Source: Octopus vulgaris
Lineage: Eukaryota
Length of the DNA: 64,000 nt
Direction: 5' to 3'
Assembly (NCBI GenBank): GCA_951406725.2
Contig: OX597827.1
Coordinates: 10,540,001-10,604,000, forward strand
The notes beneath the pieces were generated by a model. It was not told the DNA's origin. It did not search any database and was given only the letters and a program-made list of their open reading frames with translations. Below, in pieces: positions 1-14,177 of the stretch. Numbering within the stretch: the first letter of the stretch is position 1; every line of letters begins with the position of its first letter. A program made the translations under genes and the position numbers.

Positions 1-207
1 CCATGCCGGTGCTGCATAACCGCACCCATGCTGGTAGCATGTTAAAAGCACCCAGAACACTGTATTAAGTGGGTGGTTTTAGGAAGGGCATCCAACCATA
101 GAAACCATTCCACAACAGATGACTGGAGTCTGGGCAGCTCCCTGCTAGCCAGCTCCATGTCAAACCGTCCAACTCATGCCAGCATCGAAAGCAGACATTA
201 AACGATG
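1..207 (+). mobile_element. Family D retroposon 3' fragment ((GAT)n-tailed)
   Basis: aggaagggcatcca...ccgtccaactcatgccagcatcgaaagcagacattaaacgatg matches the 3' end of copies at 8365, 27752 and 52345. Confidence 0.75.
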
Positions 208-228
208 GTGCTGCTGCTGCTGTTGCTG

Positions 229-580
229 TTGAGCGAACGGTCTTTATCCCAGGGATCGCAAGATGAGAGAAGTCCGAAATGTGGTCCTTTGCTATTCGTA
301 AGACCTGCAGAAGAGAAAGCAGGTCAACCCCCAACACCGAGAGCATCGACGGATGGATGAATGTGCTTCCAGGCTCCGCGGTTGCGTAGGAAGTCAGGGA
401 CAAGAAACAGGAAGGAAGAGTGAGAGAAAGTTGGGGGCGAAAGAGTACAATAGGGGTCACCACCACCCCCTGCCAGAGCCTCGTGGAACTTTACGTGTTT
501 TCACTCAATAAACACACACAACGCCTGGTCTGGGAATCGAAACCGCGATACTCCAACCGCGAGTCAGCTGCCCTAACCAC
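229..580 (-). mobile_element. tRNA-derived SINE family C (tail type iii), head partly lost
   Basis: Near-identical to 33988-34368; B-box-like ggtttcgattcc on the minus strand; (CAG/CAA)n tail. Confidence 0.85.
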
Positions 581-1300
581 TGTTGCTGCTGCTGCTGATG
601 ATGATAATGATGATGACGATGATGATATTTATATTTCTAGTGCTTACTTTAATTGGATTTTCACATTAAACATTATATTTTTCTGTATGTTTTAGATAAT
701 GCTTGATGCAATGTGATATTGAAAATATAGAGGTTTCCTGTTTCTTGGAGAAGACTATCAATATATCTTTGCAGTTTTTGCATAATTGAGTTTCTAGCCA
801 ACATGCCATCAATGCATTGCAAAGTTGTATGACAGAGAATTTCCAAGGTTTCAGATGACGGATTCCCTTTAAAATTAATTGAAAACTGTTGTAAGATTGA
901 CTGGTCAAAGATCTCCACTCACAACTCTTTTATATATCAACTGCTGTTAGTTCTATTAATTACTATTAATTACTATGAGAACGTTGACCAAGTTTTCTCT
1001 TGCATTACAGAATGGTTGAGCTTGCTTACTTAGATGATGTCATTGTCATGGTAACATTGTTGTCAGAACCCAGGGTGTTATTTGCGGAAAGATAGATTAA
1101 AAATATAAAGTACAATCAAAAATTTATTACAAATATCTAGAGAAGAAAGGAGAAATACGTTTGAATATTTTCCAATGAACACTTAGAACTATTTGGTTGC
1201 CAAGGTTTACTTAAAACCTGATCCCCCAGTTCAGTCACATTTAAAAATCCAATCCATGAATGGACTTCATTCTGGCTTCATGCTGAGATGTAAACCCCAT

Positions 1301-1714
1301 ACTCTTTCTCTCTTTTACTTGTTTCAGTCATTTGACTGCGGCCATGTTGGAGCACCGCCTTTAATTGAGCAACTCGACCCTGGGACTTATTCTTTGTAAG
1401 CCTAGTACTTATTCTATCGGTCTCTTTTGCCGAACCGCTAAGCTAAGTGACAGGGACGTAAACACACCAGCATCGGTTGTCAAGCAATGCTAGGGGGACA
1501 AACACAGACACACAAACACACATACACTTATATATATATGTACATATATACGACGGGCTTCTTTTCAGTTTCCATCTACCAAATCCACTCACAAGGCTTT
1601 TGTCGGCCCGAGGCTATAGCAGAAGACAGTTGCCCAAGGTGCCACACAGTGGGACTGAACCCAGAACCATGTGGCTGGTAAACAAGCTACTTACCACACA
1701 GTCACACCTGCGCC
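1301..1714 (-). mobile_element. tRNA-derived SINE family A, full length
   Basis: Minus strand: ggcgcaggtgtgactgtgtgg head, ggttcagtcc B-box, ccttgggcaa CORE-like motif, internal TA/CA microsatellite, (AGTAAAAG)-type tail; more than 12 copies in the window. Confidence 0.9.
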
Positions 1715-2169
1715 TATGTGTCTATCAAACTACAATACTGCTTTTATTTGTGCCTTTCAAAGAAAGAAAGATAGACAGCAAGAAAGCAACAAAAAAAAGA
1801 AAGAAAGAAAGAAAGAAACTTTGGCTAGAATAGACTAGTATTCCAGTTTGCATAGAAGAATAGGCTATGTTGTTAGAAATTCTTATGAGCAGTTGATGAC
1901 ATTTTCTGAGGTGATCACAAAAGGCCAAGTGTAAAATATGCAAGTACACTGTGAGGCAGAGATCCCTGGAGGGTGAGCAAGTCATTTGTAAAGAACAACA
2001 AGGGTTACTAACACCTTGAGTGTCAAGAGACATTTATGCTACTTGAAAAATATGTGGCCACACCATCTGCAAGAAAAAAACAACCTAATCTCCCAGAAAT
2101 TTCACCTGTGAGATTTTTTAAAAAAGAAACAGAAAAATTGGTCTAAAATTTTGCAAACTAAGTCAGCAA

Positions 2170-2500
2170 TTTTAGAGGAGTAAGTTGATTACATTGACCC
2201 CAGTGTTCAGCTGGTACTTATTTTGTCAACCCCAAGAGCATGAAAGCTAAAGTCAACTTTGGCACAATTTGAACTCGGAATGAAACACCACCAAGCATTT
2301 TGTCCTGTGTGCTAACAATTCTGCCAGCTCACTGCATTAGAAATACAGAAATGTTGGTGTCAAAGTTTGGCACAAGGCCAGAAAATTTAGGGGAGGAATA
2401 AGTTAATTACAGTGTCCCCCAGTGCTCAACTAGTACTTACTTTATCCACTCCAAAAGAATGAAAGGTAAAGTTAACCTTGGCAGAATTTGATCTGCAAGT
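2170..2500 (-). mobile_element. Two diverged family B SINE fragments
   Basis: gaccccagtg...ctggtactta...aaagtcaac...gaatttgaactc motifs shared with family B. Confidence 0.65.
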
Positions 2501-2785
2501 GGAAAGATTCATGAAATGCTGCAAACAATTCTACCAAAAAACACAGAAATAATAATTTGATAGAGTAATCCCAGATATGCAATATTCCACCATAAAAAAC
2601 GTTGGGATGGTCATAGCTGAAATGCTTTTCAATAATAGGTCTGTTCAGTCAGGGATGAAATCAAGCTAAAACAGCAAAAACAGGAACTGGGGAAATATAA
2701 GCAGATGATATCACTGTAATATGTTTTACTAAAGAGAATGGAAGGTTTTCAATGGAGTGCATAAGGGGTAGTACCTTTCTAAACC

Positions 2786-3017
2786 TATTTCTTTACTACC
2801 CACAAGGGGCTAAACACAGAGGGGACAAACAAGGACAGACAAACAGATTAAGTCAATTATATCGACCCCAGTGCGTAACTGGTACCTATTTAATCGACCC
2901 CGAAAGGATGAAAGGCAAAGTCGACCTCGGCAGAATTTGAACTCAGAACGTAGCGGCAGACGAAATACTTCTAAGCATTTTGCCCGGCATGCTAACGTTT
3001 GTACCAGCTCGCCACCT
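2786..3017 (-). mobile_element. tRNA-derived SINE family B, full length
   Basis: Minus strand: ggtggcgagctggt...gagttcaaattc (B-box)...catcctttcggggtcgatt...aggtaccag...ccttgtgggtagtaaagaaata; flanking taaacct direct repeat (probable TSD). Confidence 0.9.
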
Positions 3018-3059
3018 TTATAAACCTGTTAACCATTCTTCTTCAGATGTGGACCAGAG

Positions 3060-3900
3060 CACTGGTCTCTAACTATGACACAGCTCTCAGTTATGGCTCC
3101 CAGAAGTTGGTAGTGAACACTGATGGGCACCCAACAAAACTTCCTTTTGGCTAGTGATTAAAACTAAGTAGGAAGTATTAGCAATCCCAGAAGTATTGCT
3201 GAACAAGGGACAGCGCCCCTTATTTGCACAAAGACTGAAATGGCTGATGTGGGGGAATCCATTTGTGGTCAATGACTAAGAAGATATGAAAGCAAGCTCT
3301 GTGGTGTATCTAGAGCAGTGGTTTTCAACCAGGGTTCCGCAGAACCTTAGGGATCCGCGGAACCTTAGGGATCCGCCAGTACAGTCTAGGGGTTCCGCAA
3401 GAAGTTACAAAACTGCTAAAATCGGCAGTAATTTTTTATTCTCCTGTGCAGATATGTGTGCATAAGACTATTAAATTATTGCACAGGGGTTCCTTGAACG
3501 AGTGGAATGTTTCCTTGGGGTTCCGCTTCGGCAAAAAGTTTGAAAAGCACTGATCTAGAGTTACACTCTTGACAGTATACAGACTTGAGACCCACCGTGA
3601 AGGGAGGAATTGGGACCCCACCATGTACGTAATTATACCCATAGTAAATTATGGATCTTAGACTACATGAATGGAGAGCTTTGATATTCAACTTGCTGAG
3701 AGCAGATGACACCTAAGAATAGAAAAAGAGAATGAGAAATGGTTTCTTAAGAGATGGAAAAAAAAAAAAAAAAATTCTGAGATTCTTCTGTCGACATTTA
3801 GGAACAAGATTTTGAACAATTTTGAGGTATTTTTGGCTTAACAGTGTAGCCAGAACAATCTTTACAAGAGCTGAAAAAGTTCATGTGTACTGCTCCTGCT
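3060..3900 (-). pseudogene. Possible highly decayed non-LTR reverse transcriptase fragment, interrupted by a hAT MITE
   Basis: Minus-strand peptides LNIKALHS (~LDxxKAFDS) and KGRCPLFS (~QGCPLS) in the expected order; many stops and frameshifts. Confidence 0.3.
3316..3552. mobile_element. hAT (Charlie-like) MITE
   Basis: TIRs cagtggttttcaa / ttgaaaagcactg; perfect 8-bp TSD atctagag at 3308-3315 and 3553-3560; internal gggttccgc subterminal repeats. Confidence 0.92.
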
Positions 3901-4526
3901 CTTCTGATTAAACCACTAAAATATGAAAGTAGAAAAGAAAGAACACACATGAGGTCAGTAGTTCATATTCTACTTCTTGTTATAAAGTGGTTGTTGTCAC
4001 CTGGACCTATAACTTTACTTCAAATATTAAAAAGTCATACAAATTTTTAGGCTATTCATATACATACAACTTCATCTTAACTTAAACTTTGTTTCATAGT
4101 GTAAAACATTAAATTTGAAAAGAAATTAAAACTAGATTGTATCATGGTGCTGTAAGGGCATAATTATACAAAAAGAATCTCAATTTTTCAAATATATGTT
4201 GCATTCACCTACTTCATGCTGATAATTTGGCATGGCTGACTGGACAATAAACCTGTTTCAATAACAGTAGTTTTTGGCACTGGAGGCAAACACACAAACA
4301 CACACACACATGAATATCCATCAGACAAGGACCATCTTGTCATCCTTGAGAATGACAATTGACTTGTGTGGTGACTTTGTTTAAAAGAAGAGTCACAAAT
4401 CGTCTACCTCATTCACTTATCTGTGACCATCTTCAATTCAGTAGCAAGACCAGATCAAGATGAGTGGAGATGGAAATGGATACAGTAGCACCCAAATCCT
4501 TGTGAATGGGTTTGGTAGATAGAAAA

Positions 4527-4562
<36 letters not shown>

Positions 4563-4775
4563 CCTGTGTCAAACCACCCAACCTATACCAGAAAATGAAT
4601 ATGTGTATATATATATATATACACATGCAGAAAACTGCACCATGCTTCGCTGTCTATTTTGGCAGGGATTTTATGGCTGGAACCCCTTCCTAAGACCAAC
4701 TACCTTACAGAGTGGACTACCTCCTTACATATATATATATATATCTATAGACATACATATACATACATACATACA

Positions 4776-4811
<36 letters not shown>

Positions 4812-5190
4812 TATAATGGACTCTCCTGTTGCTAGATGACATATGAGAGTTCAACAATTTCTTGCCAAACAACCACGCAGATTATTGGTTTATAGTGATC
4901 AAACGTTTGTGTAGACATAAGCACCCTCTCTCCCTCAGATTGACATTACCTGTACAGGTACAATTGGTGACACATGTCAGATGTCGAAATGATTGCAGAG
5001 CAATGTGAAATGAAATGCTTAGCCCAAGAACACAACACAGTGGCCAGTCTGGGAATCAAACCCATGGTTATGCAATCACTTAACCACTAAGCCATGCACT
5101 TTCACTATATATGTATCATCATCATCATCATCGTTTAGTGTCCGCTTTCCATGCTAGCATGGGTTGGACAGTTCAACTGGGGCCTTGGAA

Positions 5191-5266
<76 letters not shown>

Positions 5267-5284
5267 ATATATATATATATATAT

Positions 5285-5468
5285 AATTATATTAAATTAG
5301 AGATAAAACCACTATTAGGCAAATCATACAATGAAAAACTTAAGCCAATACATAAGATTAATTAATTTATATTATTTTAAATATATATCAAAATTATTAA
5401 AAAAAGATAATTAGTATAACACTACGATCGTTTCATGGCTGTCCAATTCGTAAAAATTCGAGTTACAG

Positions 5469-5471
<3 letters not shown>
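5285..5471 (-). mobile_element. PLE terminal-repeat fragment with the 3' half of a hammerhead-like motif
   Basis: Homologous to 18875-18960; minus strand tgactgt...acagccat GAAA cgatcg TA gtgtt; the CUGANGA half is lost at a (TA)n tract. Confidence 0.5.
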
Positions 5472-5502
<31 letters not shown>

Positions 5503-7361
5503 GTATACATATATGTTTGTTTGCCTGTATGTGCAAGCGTGTTATTTGTGTTTGTGTATATTTAAGTATATATTTGCCAAGACATCACATGATAGTTGCA
5601 AATGATCATTATCATCATACAAATGTGATTGTTTGTTTCCGGTCATGTATGAGAAACATGTTGGGCTATGGAGAAATTATTACCTTGCTTGGAAACTGGT
5701 GAAGATTGATGACAGGAAGAGCATCTGTCAGTGAAACATTTGCTTCAACAAATTCTGTCTGACCTATGCAAGCATGGGGAAGCAGACATTGAATGATGAC
5801 GACGATGATGACGATGATAATGATGACACTGAAGACGACAATGATGATGATGATGGTGATGACAACAGTAACTTTAAGGAAGATGTAAACTGAATGTCTC
5901 GCAAGTCTGTACCAACCTAATAATAATAATAATGATGTTATAAGTACGAATATATTCCCTCATCATAATAAACCTTAATGGTAGTATTTCTTCGGATCAT
6001 TGTATAGGCTATACTCTGCTCCCACATTTAATGGATGGTTTAGGTTAAGGTCATACAAACCTATTCTACCATTATTAAAGCAATAAAACATGATGAAAGC
6101 AATACAAGCTGGATAAAAGTGTGGTTGCTTGTTTCCAATGGAGACTGAAAACTTTCCTACCTTCTGACTTGGTATGGCCTGATTAAAGAAGATTACATGT
6201 TGTTAACATTTCGGAAAGCAAGCAAGTGAAACAAAGCAGTAGTGAAAGGAAATTTCAGCCAATAAACTAACATGTCTTAGTTTTTGTGACATTCATTGGG
6301 CTTGTTTGAATCCATTTCCCCCACTAGATATTAAGTTTCTGCCTGTAGCTGTGAACATGTTATTGCCACTGGCAGAAAAGAAAAGAAAAGAAGGGAAAAA
6401 AAAGAAAAAAAAGGAAGAAAGAATCTAAGCCCTCTCTTAATAATGGAAATGTTTGGTTCTTCTTAGTTATATTAATCTTCAAGGGAAATGGGAAACGGAT
6501 GTCTAAATATATTGCTACACTGTTTTATCAATTATAAAGCAACAACAGAACATTTTAGTCAATTTGATATGACCAAAACGCTGCATAATAATAATAAAGT
6601 GAAAGATAGCCGGAATGGAGGGCCTCTACATGGTCAGACAGTCTGCTAGAAATAGCTACCAAATTGTTCATTAAATCTTACTGTGTTACCTTAAGAATAG
6701 GACATATTAGATAATGTAGTCCTTGATATATTATGCCTGAATAACAAATAGAATGGTTATGGCTGAAATGATTATATCTGCTTGGAGAGAGCAGACATGA
6801 TGGCTAAATAATAACAACAACAATAACAACAGATAGATTGAGAAAGCTCTTAGTATCTTTATATACTAATAGGTCTTATTATTTTGTGTATCATGATTCT
6901 GTTGAAATTCACTGCCTTTGATTCAATTAATTTTTGAAATAGTAGATAATTTAGTAAAAATACCTGTCGTTAAGTTGGAGCAGAAGACACTTGTTCAAGC
7001 TGCTGTTTTGTGGGACTGAACCCTAAAACCATGTGGTTGCAAAATGAGCTTCTTAGCCTCATTGTCAGGTCAGCAGAATTATTTTCTTGTCTTTTTGTGA
7101 CCAGGAAGCAAAGTTCACTGCAGTTAGATACATCAGGAGATATAAGGCAAAGGCACTGCAGGTGCATAATTGCATGAATACTGCAGGAATTACAATATTC
7201 TGATGAGGATAAACAAGGATTTGATCAAGTGTTTTGGTTTTTTTTTGACAATCATTTGATGAATACAGAAGTTTTGAATTTGAAGATAATGTACCTCAAA
7301 AGAAGAAAGATTATCTCACCAAAATGCAATATGAGAATTAAACAGAAAATTTGTAAATTTT

Positions 7362-7591
7362 AATTACCTCTTTACTGTTCAGATTACTTTGTCAAATGTA
7401 ACGCTTATCTATTCACATTGTTTTGAATCACTCGTGCATTATCTTGTAGCTTTGAGAATTTACTGATGTGATTGTATATTTTTAGAATGACATTGCAGAG
7501 TAGGTGTGAGATGCCAGATCTGACCAGTTTTAACATAAAACAGGTAGAATATTTGGGCTGGATAAGGCTGATTTAAATGCTAAAGGGTTAA
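7362..7591. mobile_element. piggyBac-type MITE (TTAA-flanked), diverged
   Basis: Ends ...aaatgctaaagggTTAA; body homologous to 28745-29453, 34651-34869 and 43905-44124. Confidence 0.7.
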
Positions 7592-7804
7592 GAAGCAAAG
7601 TATTATATGTTTCTGTCAAGTTGTTAATAAATTCTCATTGTGTTTGTAGAGTAGGTGAAGTAAATGGTATAGGTCATGAAGCTTAGGTCCAGATGCAGGT
7701 TATATTCTCTTGGCAGAGAACCCACAAAGCTTTTATAACTTTATGACAGAGCTTCCAGAACTTTTCCCCATGGTGATTCAGTTTTTAATGTCAACTCTTT
7801 TCAT

Positions 7805-8235
7805 AGATGTGGCTGTGTGGTTAAAAAGCTTGCTCTGCAATCCTGTATTTTGGGGATCAGACTCACTGCACGGCACCTGAAGCAAGTGTCTTCTAATATC
7901 AACCTGAGCTAACCAATGCTTTGTCAGTGAATTTAGTAGAAGGAAACTGTGTGGAAGCCTATTGTGTATGTGTGTGCATATGTTTCTTGTGTGCATGTGT
8001 TTTTGTGTGTGCATCTTTGTGTGTGTATCTTTATGTTTCCCTTTGCTTCCACCATTTCACAACCGGTGTTGGTTTGTTAATGTTCATGTAACTCAGTTGT
8101 TCAGTCGAAAAGCCCAGCAAAACAAATACCAAACTTCAAAAATATAAGTATTGGGGTGATTTTTTTCAACTAGAACCATCAAAGCAGTACCCCAGCATGA
8201 CTGCAGTTCAATGATTGATACAAGTAAAAGATGAA
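7805..8235 (+). mobile_element. Old diverged family A-like SINE
   Basis: gtggctgtgtggtt head, gcaagtgtcttct, cccagcatgactgcag...acaagtaaaag tail. Confidence 0.7.
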
Positions 8236-8364
8236 GCATAAAAAAATAGATACATTAAGTTTTGTTAGCAACAGGTAATGAACAAAACTGCTAAATAAAG
8301 AATTAGATATCATATCACCTGCTATGACTGTTGTATCTAAATTTACTCTGAGTTGTCATTTTCC

Positions 8365-8778
8365 TACCAGTGTCGCCTCACTGGCACTTGTGCCCCGTGC
8401 TAGTTGGGTGCTAAGAGTACCATTTGAGCGTGATCATTGCCAGAGCGACTAACTGGCTTCCGTGCTGGTGGCATGTAAAAGGCACCATTCAAGCAAGATC
8501 GTTACCAGCATCGCCTTACTGGCACTTGTGCCAGTGGCATGTGTAAAACATTCGAGCGAGGTCGTTGCCAGTACTGCCTGACTGGCCCCCATGCCGGTGG
8601 CACCCACTACATTCTCAGGGTGGTTGACATTAGGAAGGGCATCCAGCTGTAGAAACTCTGCCAGATCAAGATTGGAGCCTGGTGCAACCATCTGGTTCGT
8701 CAGCCCTCAGTCAAAATCGTCCAACCCATGCTAGCATGGAAAGCGGACGTTAAACGATGATGATGATGATGACGATGA
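8365..8778 (+). mobile_element. Family D retroposon
   Basis: Internal repeats tggcacttgtgcc...ggtggcatgt; 3' cgtccaacccatgctagcatggaaagcggacgttaaac(gat)n. Confidence 0.85.
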
Positions 8779-9437
8779 TTCCTCATCCAAGAAATTCATC
8801 AAAATTGATCAGATTTTATTTAATTTCATATCACACCTAGAGAATATCAACAATGCTCAGCAATGCACGAAAGTATCATTACGCACAGTTTGGAAAACCT
8901 GTGGTTTATGAGTTTAATAAGTAAATAAATAGCAGAAGGGAACAAAGCTATATGGCCAAAATCGATCAGGGAGATATCTGTGTATCCTAGCAATATACAG
9001 ACATACCTTAACTTACATCATTTCAAGCTATGCCTTGTGTAACATTACAGTGATTGCAGCAAAAATATCTAAAGGCATAGAAAATTTAAAATAAATGCCT
9101 AAAATGCCTAAAAAGCAATAAAGTAGAAAATCAAATAAAATATGTAAAAATATGTACAAATCATTCATTAAAACAGATAAAAGCGAACAAATCAGGAAAA
9201 TGTTTTTTTTTTTATATTTATTTTTCTTTTATCATTTAGTTTCTTTTTTGCTTTTTTTACCTTTATGTTTGTTCTCTTTCTATCTAAATGTTTACAGTTT
9301 AGTATTTTATAATGATGGGAAGTTTTTACAATGGATTTCAATATATTTTTAATTGTTATTTTTTTTTTTCCGTGTTACAACCTTTGTTTTTTAATGAAGT
9401 CATGTGTCTTGGAAACAGTTACTGACAAAAGTTGATA

Positions 9438-9834
9438 GGAGTGACTGTGTGGTAAGTAGCTTGCTAACCAACTACATGGTTCCGGGTTCAGTCCCACTGC
9501 GTGGCATCCTGGGCAAGTGTCTTCTACTATAGCCTCTGGCCAACCAAAGCCTTGTGAGTGGATTTGGTAGACAGAAACTGAAAGCCCATCGTATATATGT
9601 ATATATGTATGTGTGTGTGCGTGTTTGTGTGTCTGTGTTTGTCCCCCTAGCATTGCTTGACAACTGATGCTGGTGTGTTTACGTCCCCGTCACTTAGCGG
9701 TTCGGCAAAAGAGACCGATGGAATAAGTACTGGGATTACAAAGAATAAGTCCTGGGGTCGAGTTGCTCGACTAAAGGCGGTGCTCCAGCATGGCCACAGT
9801 CAAATGACTGAAACAAGTAAAAGAGTAAAAGAGT
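9438..9834 (+). mobile_element. SINE family A
   Basis: Full consensus match from head to (AGTAAAAG)n tail. Confidence 0.9.
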
Positions 9835-10308
9835 ATACCTATATTTCAGAAATAATCTAATGACTGAAAGAATTTTAAATCTTTAGCTTATCAACTGCAG
9901 ATCATTACATTGTTAGGCTGATTGTCATACTATGTCAACTCAATACGAAATCGTGTTTGCTGTATTTTATGATATAAAATAAATAATGATATAAAATATA
10001 TTTTATGATATAAAATAAATATCCAATAAATAACATGCTGCATTCAGTAAATAATTATATCCGGAGCATAATTCATTACATACGCATGTGAGAAAGTAAT
10101 GAATGAATTGAGGGGAAACTAATTTTTCAATACACAATAATATTCTCACAGGACTTTCAGTAGGCTGTGTATAGCATTTCCGAAAGTGATTTTGTCTGGT
10201 GTTTAACACCTGTATGTTGTCAAGGGAACAAATTCTGACAAAAAATAATATAGTGAGTTTTCACTTGTGCTAACCAAAAGTAGTTAGAAACTGTATATAC
10301 ATGTATGA

Positions 10309-10615
10309 GTGGAGGTGCAATGGCCCAGTGGTTATAGCAGCAAACTCACAGTCGGAGGTTCGCGGTTTCAATTCCCAGACCAGGCGTTGTGTATGTTTAT
10401 TGAGTGAAAACACCTAAAAGCTCCACGCGGCTCTGGCAGGGGGTGGTGGTGACCCTTGTTGTACTCTTTTGCCATAACTTTCTCTCACTCTCTCTTCCTG
10501 TTTTTTGAGTAACGCTGCAATGGACTGGCGTCCCGTCCAGCTGGGGGGGGAACATATACACCACAGAAACTGGGAAACTGGGCCCATGAGCCTGGCTAGA
10601 CTCGTAAAGGGTGAA
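10309..10615 (+). mobile_element. SINE family C (tail type ii)
   Basis: A-box tggcccagtgg, B-box ggtttcaattcc, shared body, then gcaatggactggcgtcccgtccag...gaaactgggaaactggg tail. Confidence 0.85.
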
Positions 10616-11399
10616 AAAATATACATACATGTAATTCTGTATTTTTTCAATTTTCTGTCTGAAAAATCACTAATGAGTGATGACTCACTTGTTTTTCTCT
10701 ATGTATATCTCTGTAACTCCTATGAGATAACGAAACATATGTAGTGGGGAATTTAAGAAATACCAAATTTTCCCGGTCTTCTGTTTTGATGTGTACATAT
10801 GTTATATACATATATATGAATATATATTACATGTGTGTAAGTTGCTGTCTCTTTTTTTTATGGTTTGTGATTGCTGTAAATGAGCATCACTGTCATACAA
10901 GCAGTATCTTTCATTTCCAGTCTTCCAAGAAAAATGTCCAGCCATGGTGAAATATTACTGTACTTGGAAACAGGTGATGGTTGGTGACAAGAAGGGCATC
11001 CTGCTGAAGAAAATTTGCTTCAACAAATTTTGCCTGATTCATGCATCGAAAAGTAAATGTTAAAATGATGATGATGAAGATGACAATGGCGTTGAGGAGG
11101 ATGGTGGTGATGATGACGACATTGAGGACGACAATGATGTTGATTATGATGACCATGACGATGATGATGATGGAGATGATGGCGGTGGTGATGATGATGG
11201 TGGTTCTACGATTTGTTGGCTAGGAGGAGATGTGCCGGGAAGTTAAACATACAGACACACACACAGATACACACACAGACACACAAGTTGAGTTTTATAT
11301 ATATAGATATATATATATAAATAGATAGATAGATAGAGAGATATAGATATATATAAGATATATATACATACATATCTATATATACATGTATATATGTAT

Positions 11400-11722
11400 A
11401 TCATCATCATCATCATTGTTGTTTAATGTCCATTTTCCATGCAGGCATGCATTCGACAGTTTGACTGAGGTCTGGAGAGCCAGCAGCTGCACCAGGCTCC
11501 AACCTGATCTGGTGATGTTTCTACAGCTGGATGCCCTTCCTAACACCAACCACTCCGAGAGTGTAGTGGGTGGTTTATACATGCCACTAACACAGGAGCC
11601 AGTCAGGCAGGCCTGGCATCAATCACGTTCAGAGAGTGCTTTTTACGTGTCACCAGCATGGGAGCCAGTCACAGAGGATACTGGCATGTGTCACGTTCAG
11701 ATGGTGTTTTTTATGTACCACT

Positions 11723-11725
<3 letters not shown>
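11400..11725 (-). mobile_element. Family D retroposon
   Basis: Reverse complement of family D: (cat)n, ctacagctggatgcccttcctaac. Confidence 0.8.
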
Positions 11726-11775
<50 letters not shown>

Positions 11776-12950
11776 ATACATATACATATGTATATGTATA
11801 TATAAATATATGCATATATATATATATATACACATACACATACACACACACACACATATATATACATTGTTGAATTTCTGCTGCTTTTAAATAAAGCATA
11901 TTACTCTACCCCTGGTATTTAAGTACTCTTTTTTGCCACCTTGTTTGACATTTATGTGTTCACTCCGGTATATATATATGTATATATATGTATTTATATA
12001 TGTATGTATGTTTGTATATATTTATATGTGTTTGTCTTTGTGTCTGTGTCTGTCCCACTGGTACCACCTGACAACTGGTGTTAGTGTGTTTACATTCCAA
12101 TCAGTTAGCAGTTTAGGAAAAAGGACCAACAGAATAAGTACTAGGCTTTGAAAGAAAAAAAATATTGACTTTGATTTGTCCACCTCAAACCCTTTGAGTC
12201 AGTGCCCTAGTATGGCCACAGTCAAATGACTGAAACATGTAAAAGAGTAAAGAGTTAGGAATGAGAGCCCAGGTTCGAAATTTCTCCCAGGACATATTTG
12301 TCTGATACATGAATAATTCTACCAGTCTTATTTTGGAGGGCTTCGGGGAAATTTGAACTTATAGCAAAGAGAGAATGAAGCAAAACATAACAAAGTACAT
12401 TATTCAAATGTCTGGGTCATATTTTTCTACCACAACATTTAAATATTGTAACTATGATTCATTAATGTTAAGTATATTACAACAGGGTAAACAAAAAGAA
12501 GCTGCATTTGACCTTTATTCTAATGGCTTTTAAGATGATCTATGTTATTAATTATGAATTATTGTAATACACATATAAACACATACACATACTAACTCAC
12601 ACATATGCATGTGCGTTTTTAAAAAACATAAATACATGTATGTATATGTATGTATGTATATACATGTATATGTACATGTGTACATAAGTATACATATTTA
12701 TATGTGTGTATATATTTATGTTATAGATGGTTTGAGAGAGAAAAACAAAGAAAGAGAGAGAGAGAGAAAGACAAAACTAGAGAGAGAGAGAGAGAGAGAG
12801 AGGAAGTCAGAAAGTGTGCAAACAAGAGATGAAGAGAGCAACACATATACATGCTGACGAAAAAGAGAATGAATTAGAGAAATTATGAGTGAGATATAAT
12901 ATAAAATGAGGTGAAGTGTAAATGTATGCATTTATATATATACTTACATA

Positions 12951-13054
<104 letters not shown>

Positions 13055-13308
13055 CATATATACATACATGCGGGCATGGCTGTGTGGTTAGGGAGCTTGC
13101 TTCCTCGCTATATGGTTTCGGGTTCAGTCCCACTGCGCGGTACTTTGGGCAGGTGTCTTCTACTATAGCCCCGAGTCAACCGAAGCTTTGCGATTGAGTT
13201 CGGCAGGCGGAAGTTACTGCCGTGTGTGTATATTTGCATGTAGGTGCTTGTGCCTCTCCGAAAGAGAGAGAGGGTATATATATATATATATATATATACA
13301 CATACATA

Positions 13309-13595
13309 CAGAGAGGTTGGACAAAATAATGGAAACACCTAGCATCATAGCATCAGAATTTTGAATTATCTATAAAACCGTCAAAAGCTTCTTTATTTCT
13401 ATGTTTTTTTATTTACTATTAGTGTTGCTTAATATGCTTTGCTAACATTGCTGTTTCTTTTCAGATATCATCAGAAAAAGGTAATTAAAATTCATTAAAA
13501 TGACAGATCTACCAGACTTTCAAAGATGTCAAATTGTTGGTGCTTATATGGCAGGTGCTAGCGTAATGAAAACAGCCAAAATATTTGGTGTATAA
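13309..13595 (+). mobile_element. Tc1-like transposon 5' end with truncated transposase N-terminus
   Basis: TA then cagagaggttggacaaaataatggaaacacc (TIR-like); ATG at 13500 gives MTDLPDFQRCQIVGAYMAGASVMKTAKIFGV*, like a Tc1 paired-type HTH start. Confidence 0.75.
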
Positions 13596-13836
13596 AATAT
13601 AATAAAATATATTATCTTTGCATGCTTTCAGTTACAAAACAATTTGTTGTGATATATGATTTTTCCAATGGTTAAATAAACTTCATTATACTAGTTCTCT
13701 AGTCATATATGACTTTATATACATACACGTACGCACATACACACATGCACACACACGCACACATGCACACAAACATATAAGTACACATATACATACATAC
13801 ATATGAACATGTATATATATATATATATATATATAT

Positions 13837-14066
13837 ATTTCTTTACTACCCACAAGGGGCTAAGTATAGAGGGGACAAACAAGGACAGACAAATGGATTA
13901 AGTCGATTACATCAACCCCAGTGCGAAACTGGTACTTTATTTATCGACCCCGAAAGGATGATAGGCAAAGTCTACCTCGCTGGAATTTGAACTCACAACG
14001 TAACGTCAGATGAAATACCGCTAAGCATTTCACCCGGGGCGCTAACGTTTCTGCCAGCTCGCCGCC
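13837..14066 (-). mobile_element. SINE family B, full length
   Basis: Near-identical to 2786-3017. Confidence 0.9.
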
Positions 14067-14177
14067 ATATATATATATATATGTGTGTGTATACACACAC
14101 ATACAGACATGTGAGCACATAACTGCAGAACAAAATATGGAAAATAGTACTCAAGTACAAAGGTAGAATAAAAAATA

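Noticed and set aside
673-918. 81-aa minus-strand ORF as a terminal exon
   Set aside because: GTG start directly after a stop, no polypyrimidine acceptor and no recognisable motif.
1058-1239. Solo LTR (tgt...aca)
   Set aside because: No TSD or second copy; TG..CA ends alone are insufficient.
1477-1833. Recurrent ORFs MSSNARGTNTD.. and MLGGQTQTH.. that look like a gene family
   Set aside because: They are antisense translations of SINE family A copies.
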